A stretch of DNA of 64,000 bases from Torpedo marmorata (lineage: Eukaryota): positions 27,590,001 through 27,654,000 of the forward strand of contig OZ360246.1 in NCBI GenBank assembly GCA_977017645.1, given 5' to 3'. Below, piece by piece: positions 59,046-64,000 of the stretch. The notes below the pieces were generated by a model that was given only the letters and a program-made list of their open reading frames with translations, ran no database searches and had not been told where the DNA came from. The position numbers were made by a program, and so were the translations under genes. The first letter of the stretch is position 1, and each line of letters begins with the position of its first letter.

Positions 59046-59353
59046 CATTCCAGTGCTGACCAGGTCAGCTCTGCCTTTGCAAAGAATATCATTTGGAGAC
59101 AAATTAAAATTCTAAAATTGGAAGTTCTTGTGCTCATATTTTTCACATTTATCCTGGTTATCCTGTTACTATAAGCACTGAACCGGCATATTCACGCTAA
59201 TTTTAACCATTCTTTGCACAACATCCGTCAACAGTGGAAATCTTCTCAGCATCACGGATTTGAAGAGGACTCGTCTCAGAAATCACTGCAGCTTGGGGTC
59301 TGTGGGTCCTGAATACAGATAGACCAAGGTCAATGGCATCTGCTGCGCCTCAC

Positions 59354-59484
59354 CTGTGTGGATGATGACGTGCTTGGCAAGGTCGCCGGCATTGACGAAC
59401 GCCTTGTTACAGATGTGGCACTGGTGCGGCCGAATGTTGTCGTGGTGCCGAATATGATTGGCCAACTGGCTGGACTGCGTAAAT
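59354..59484 (-). CDS. ZBTB17: ZBTB17 exon, zinc fingers 10-11
   Basis: ctaag|ATTT...ACAG|gtgagg; [45 protein letters not shown]; 131 bp. Confidence 0.96.
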
Positions 59485-59916
59485 CTTAGGGGAGAAAAAA
59501 AATCACTTGAAAAGAGCAAGCTCAAACTACACCCGAGTAATGTTACCTCCACTATTGCCCTTAGAACTGGTGAGTTTATTATATCCCCAGACACGGAGAC
59601 CTCAGAACTCATTAAAATTAATCCGTTCAGTATAACCTCCAAAATTGATGGCGGCCTCTGTGCAAAACGTAGTACTGGTTACATCAGTATCACTCCCAGT
59701 CCTTCAAAATGTACGGGGGTCATAGGTCAATTGGGTGTAATTGGGCTGAAAGGGTCTGTTACCATGCTATATGTCCAATTTTTTTTAAAACATTGAGTTA
59801 TACTGCTATTTACTCCTCTCCACTCCTTCCCTGACAGCTACTTCTCTTTCCTCAGGAACCCCATTCTTTCCTTTTTCTGAGTTTGCAACCTCGATCATCA
59901 CGGCAGACGAGGCTTA

Positions 59917-60309
<393 letters not shown>

Positions 60310-60454
60310 TTAATGTTTCAGGTTGAAAACTCTTCCTCAGAAGAGTTATAAAATGTTATAAACCAGTCACGTTAGTTTATTTTCCTTCCCACTACATCTG
60401 GCCACCATCAGCTTTCCATCCTCTCCAGCAATTGCCAATTCTTCCTGAGATACT

Positions 60455-60910
60455 GCACACACCACTCCCATGCTCACATGTCTGTTCATGGCCTCATGTA
60501 CTGTCCCACCAAGACCACCCGTAAATTGGAGGAACACTTGATTTTCCGCCTGGGCACTCTCCAACCGGATGGCATTAACATCGATTTCTCTGGTTTCTGC
60601 AAGACCACTCTCCTTTCTCCCTTCCTTCCCCATCCCGTTGTCTCCTTTCCTCCAGCTCTCCACCCCCTTCCCTCTCCATTCACAGAGCCATCCCCCTCCC
60701 CCTGTTTGCTGGTGTGCCCTCCCTCCCTCATCCACCTATTACCTCCCGCCTGTGGGTCTGTGCTTCTCCCCCTCCCCCCAACATTTTGTTCGAGTGTTTC
60801 ATACTTTGATGAAGGGCTCAAAACCAAAATGTTGGTTATGTACCTTTATCTTTGCTATATAAAGTACACTGCTTGACCAGCTGAGTTTCTCCAGCATTGT
60901 GTTTTTAGTA
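60455..60910 (+). mobile_element. Penelope-like 3' fragment (opposite-strand pLTR end at ~60205-60340)
   Basis: MSVHGLMYC...RKLEEHLIFRLGTLQPDGINIDFS plus pLTR. Confidence 0.82.
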
Positions 60911-61129
60911 CCACATTACCTCAGCCGATTTGCAGATTCAAGCGGTGAGTGCCAAGAGGTTCTGTACGCAGGGAATGGGCCCAAACCTGACCCGGTCCTT
61001 GCCTGATTTGTACATGTTTGCAAGTGAACAGGGACAAGAAAACTGTGTGGTTTCTCCCCTTCCTGGACGTGGGGCACTGGGAAAATCAGGAAGGACTTGC
61101 TGGTCCCTGGAATCCTGATGCCTTACAAA

Positions 61130-61450
61130 AGTTAAAAATGCTCTGCTTTGGAAGTGTGGTCACGATGGTGATATTGGAACTGTGCAGCCAATTTGCTCAC
61201 AGCAAGCTCACAGGCACGGCAGCGTGATAATGGTTGATAGAGGGATAAACATCAGCCAAACATACGGCTATGTCCCCTGCCATGACATCTCTATCCATGA
61301 GGCTAGTTTAATGTCTCATGTAAAACCCTTACTGTACAGCATTCCCTTACTGCTGGTCTGGAAGGTCAGCCTGTTTTATTTGTGTTCCCTCTCAGGACAG
61401 GGTCTTGACCTCGCAGTTTTCTGACTCAGTGAGACCTGTCAGAGCCATTG
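61130..61450 (-). mobile_element. DeuSINE (SacSINE1-like), degenerate
   Basis: Reverse strand has GAGCTTGCTGTGAGCAAATTGGCTGC and TTTATCCCTC, typical of the Deu domain and tail. Confidence 0.6.
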
Positions 61451-61887
61451 TACCACCAATTACAGTGGTTGAGCCTAGACCTCTGCGGTCTGCATCCCAG
61501 CAGGGAATGTATTGCTAGTTATCAAGTCGAACTCTTATTGTGCTTTTGAGTGGCGTGGGAAACTAATCCAAGGAGGAAAAAAGGAACAAAGAAAAACAAC
61601 AGATGGCACCTGGTAAATGCAGGCACGCAGCTAGCTGCAAAGATCAGAGGGAAAACGGCAAAGAGACGTGACAGGTCCTCCGTCCCCAGGGAAAGCAGAC
61701 GCCAATATGATTACAACCACACCCTGATCAGTAGAGAAGCTGTGACCCAGCCAATGATCTGACTCAGCTCGAGGTCCCCAGCAGCAGACAAAAGGCAGCA
61801 TCATTACCAAACAACAGATCTCCTCCCGACTGCTTCGAATGTTACAAGCTCTGATGATCTGATCTGAACAGCGGGATATTCAGATAC

Positions 61888-62004
61888 CTGTGTGAATGCG
61901 TACATGGCGTTGCAGTGCTCCAGGATCGGAAAACGCTCGCTGGCAGTGTGAGCAGATGTATGGCTTCTCCCCACTGTGGATCCGCAGGTGCCGCTTAAGG
62001 TTTC
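61888..62004 (-). CDS. ZBTB17: ZBTB17 exon, zinc fingers 7-8 (upstream exons outside the window)
   Basis: ttcag|GAAAC...ACAG|gtatct; [40 protein letters not shown]; 117 bp. Confidence 0.97.
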
Positions 62005-62161
62005 CTGAAAACAAAATCAAACATAGTTGGAGCAAGGATCAAGTGAAAAGGACTCGTAATAAATCTGTGGTGTCCAACAAGAAAGCCACAAAGCATCTCA
62101 CACCTCTGCAGGAATGCATCGCAGCTCCTGACCATAAATGACTTGTTTCTTTTTTGTAAGA

Positions 62162-62233
62162 GGTACAGCACAGTAACAGGCCCTTCCGGCCCACGAGCCC
62201 ACGCTGCCCAAATACACCCATGCGACCAACTAC
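62162..62233 (-). mobile_element. V-SINE 3' tail, interrupted by the LTR element
   Basis: TACAGCACAGTAACAGGCCCTTCCGGCCCACGAGCCC, as in the other SINE tails. Confidence 0.7.
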
Positions 62234-63109
62234 TGTTACAAATTCAAACCAGAAACGACAGAAGACGCAATGCAAAAGGGGTAAAATTGAAATTTATATT
62301 TATTAAAGACAATTAAACATATAATTTCACAACAATTAACCCCACTATAAACGTCTATAAACACTATTCTTATCTAAAAGGTGTGTGTGTGTGTGTGTAA
62401 ATCCCAGACCATTACAGTCTGTGCCAAACCCTCATGTAAAAATGGAAAAACTTTCCCCAAAAACCCCAAGTCAGTCATAAAAACAAGTCAGTCAAAAAAA
62501 TATAATACAGTCCACAAAAATTCACTCTCTAAGTTCAGGTTCCAAATTCAGCTCTGTGTGCTGGTAGAAGGACAGAAGGACTTTTCAATGAACGTTGGAG
62601 AGAGACAATGACTGTTTATGCTTACGAATACTTGGCTTGTTTTTTTCTTCTCTGATGACTTTCCCTTTTGGTAGAGATTCACGAGGATTGCGACTCCAAA
62701 TCAGTATACCACTGATTGACGCGTGTGCTTGGTTCTCACAGCTGGTCTCGCTGATCTCACACCTGTTCTCCACAAAATTTGCTTTAACTCAGGATTTCTC
62801 TGAGACAGGAGGCCATGTGCTATTCTTCCAGCCTTTTCCTCTGGGATGCACAAGCCTGGATTTGGTGGTGTTCTCTAGCCTTTGCAACTCCAAACTGCCT
62901 GCTTTTTGCAGAGGTCTGCACCTGCTTTTGCAAAAGTGCAACAAAGTATCTTTTCCACAGCCTGTCTCTCTCTGCTCTCTCTCTCTCTGGGTACACCAAG
63001 TCCTGGGCAAGTTAACTCTTTCAGTACCTGGTCCCAGTGTGCACTCCAAAAGACTTCATCCTTCCTGCTGACCGTCCGCAGTCCAAATGGTCAGTCATGG
63101 TCCATAACA
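62234..63109 (-). mobile_element. 3' LTR (876 bp) of a Gypsy element
   Basis: Minus strand: PPT-like GTGGGTGGGAGG, then TGTTA...TAACA; AATAAA at 62299-62304. Confidence 0.82.
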
Positions 63110-63241
63110 CCTCCCACCCACAAAGAAAATTTTGGTCTGCAAGAACAAAATTTTGGAAATTAATTGAGGAGTCACAATATAAACAAAATCTACAATGTTC
63201 ATCCACAAATACAAAATATGAACTATTTTCATTGATAAAGT

Positions 63242-64000
63242 TTAACATCTAGAAAGACAATCAGCAATTACATTATCTTTCCCTTTTATATGTGTTATTA
63301 CCAAATCATATTCTTGCAAAATTAGACTCCAATTCAACAACCGTCGATTCTTATTTTTCATTTTACAAAGAAAAACCAATGGATTATGGTCAGTATACAC
63401 TATGAGTGGTTTTTGAGCTGTACATATATAAACATCAAAGTGTTGCAGAGCCAACACAAGAGCCAACAACTCTTTTTCTATGGTTGAATAATTCCTTTGA
63501 TGATCATTGAACTTCTTCGAGAAGTAGGATACTGGATGGTCAATGTCCTCTTCGTTCTTCTTCTGTAACAGTACCGCACCCACAGCTTCATCGCTGGCAT
63601 CCACGGCTAAAGAAAACGGCTGTTCTAAATTAGGTGACTTAAGCACAGGTTGGTGGCATAACATGGCTTTCAATTTGACAAATGCTTCCTGACAACCTGT
63701 CGACCATACAAAATTTTCTTTCTTTCTAAGCAAATTTGTGAGAGGGAGCGCAAGATCAGGAAAGTTTTTACAGAACTTGCGGTAGTAGCCAATCATTCCC
63801 AGGAACCTCCTCAGAGTTTTCTTACCAGTTGGAACAGGGAACTCGGAAATAGTCACAACCTTTGCCTCTACTGGCGCCAACTGCCCCTGTCCTACTACAT
63901 AACTCAGAGAATTAACAGTCCCATGACCCTCTCTGAAACTGGTTTTATCTGTCTCCTCCTTACCCCGGTCAATAACCAGCACCTCTGGTAAATGTTCAGT
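63242..64000 (-). mobile_element. Ty3/Gypsy pol RT-thumb/RNase H (Gmr1-like domain order); continues beyond the window
   Basis: LRRFLGMIGYYRKF, AVDASDEAVGAVLLQ, YFSKK...NYSTIEKELLAL, VYTDHNPL, HIKGKDNVIADCLSR*. Confidence 0.92.

Overview
This is vertebrate genomic DNA; the HE1/V-SINE, DeuSINE, CR1 and Penelope content points to a cartilaginous fish, probably a ray (inferred). It holds the 3' portions of two convergent genes. SPEN/SHARP (+) has 12 coding exons from 3671 to the stop at 30639, covering RRM2-4, an 8.6-kb exon and the SPOC domain, with one GC-AG intron. ZBTB17/Miz-1 (-) has its last 6 coding exons from 62004 down to the stop at 50368. Introns and the intergenic gap are packed with transposable elements: V-SINEs, DeuSINEs, CR1/L2, L1, Rex1-like LINEs, Penelope fragments with hammerhead-like cores, Chapaev3-like and hAT/Tigger MITEs, and a Gmr1-like Gypsy LTR element. 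The most unusual observation is a pair of SINE-like elements sharing an almost identical ~126-nt body and tail but carrying different Pol III heads: a near-perfect tRNA-Thr(TGT) at 1907 and a diverged 5S rRNA at ~51.2 kb. This suggests promoter/head swapping exactly at the head-body junction. Comparisons with human proteins and repeat consensuses are from memory; no database search was run.
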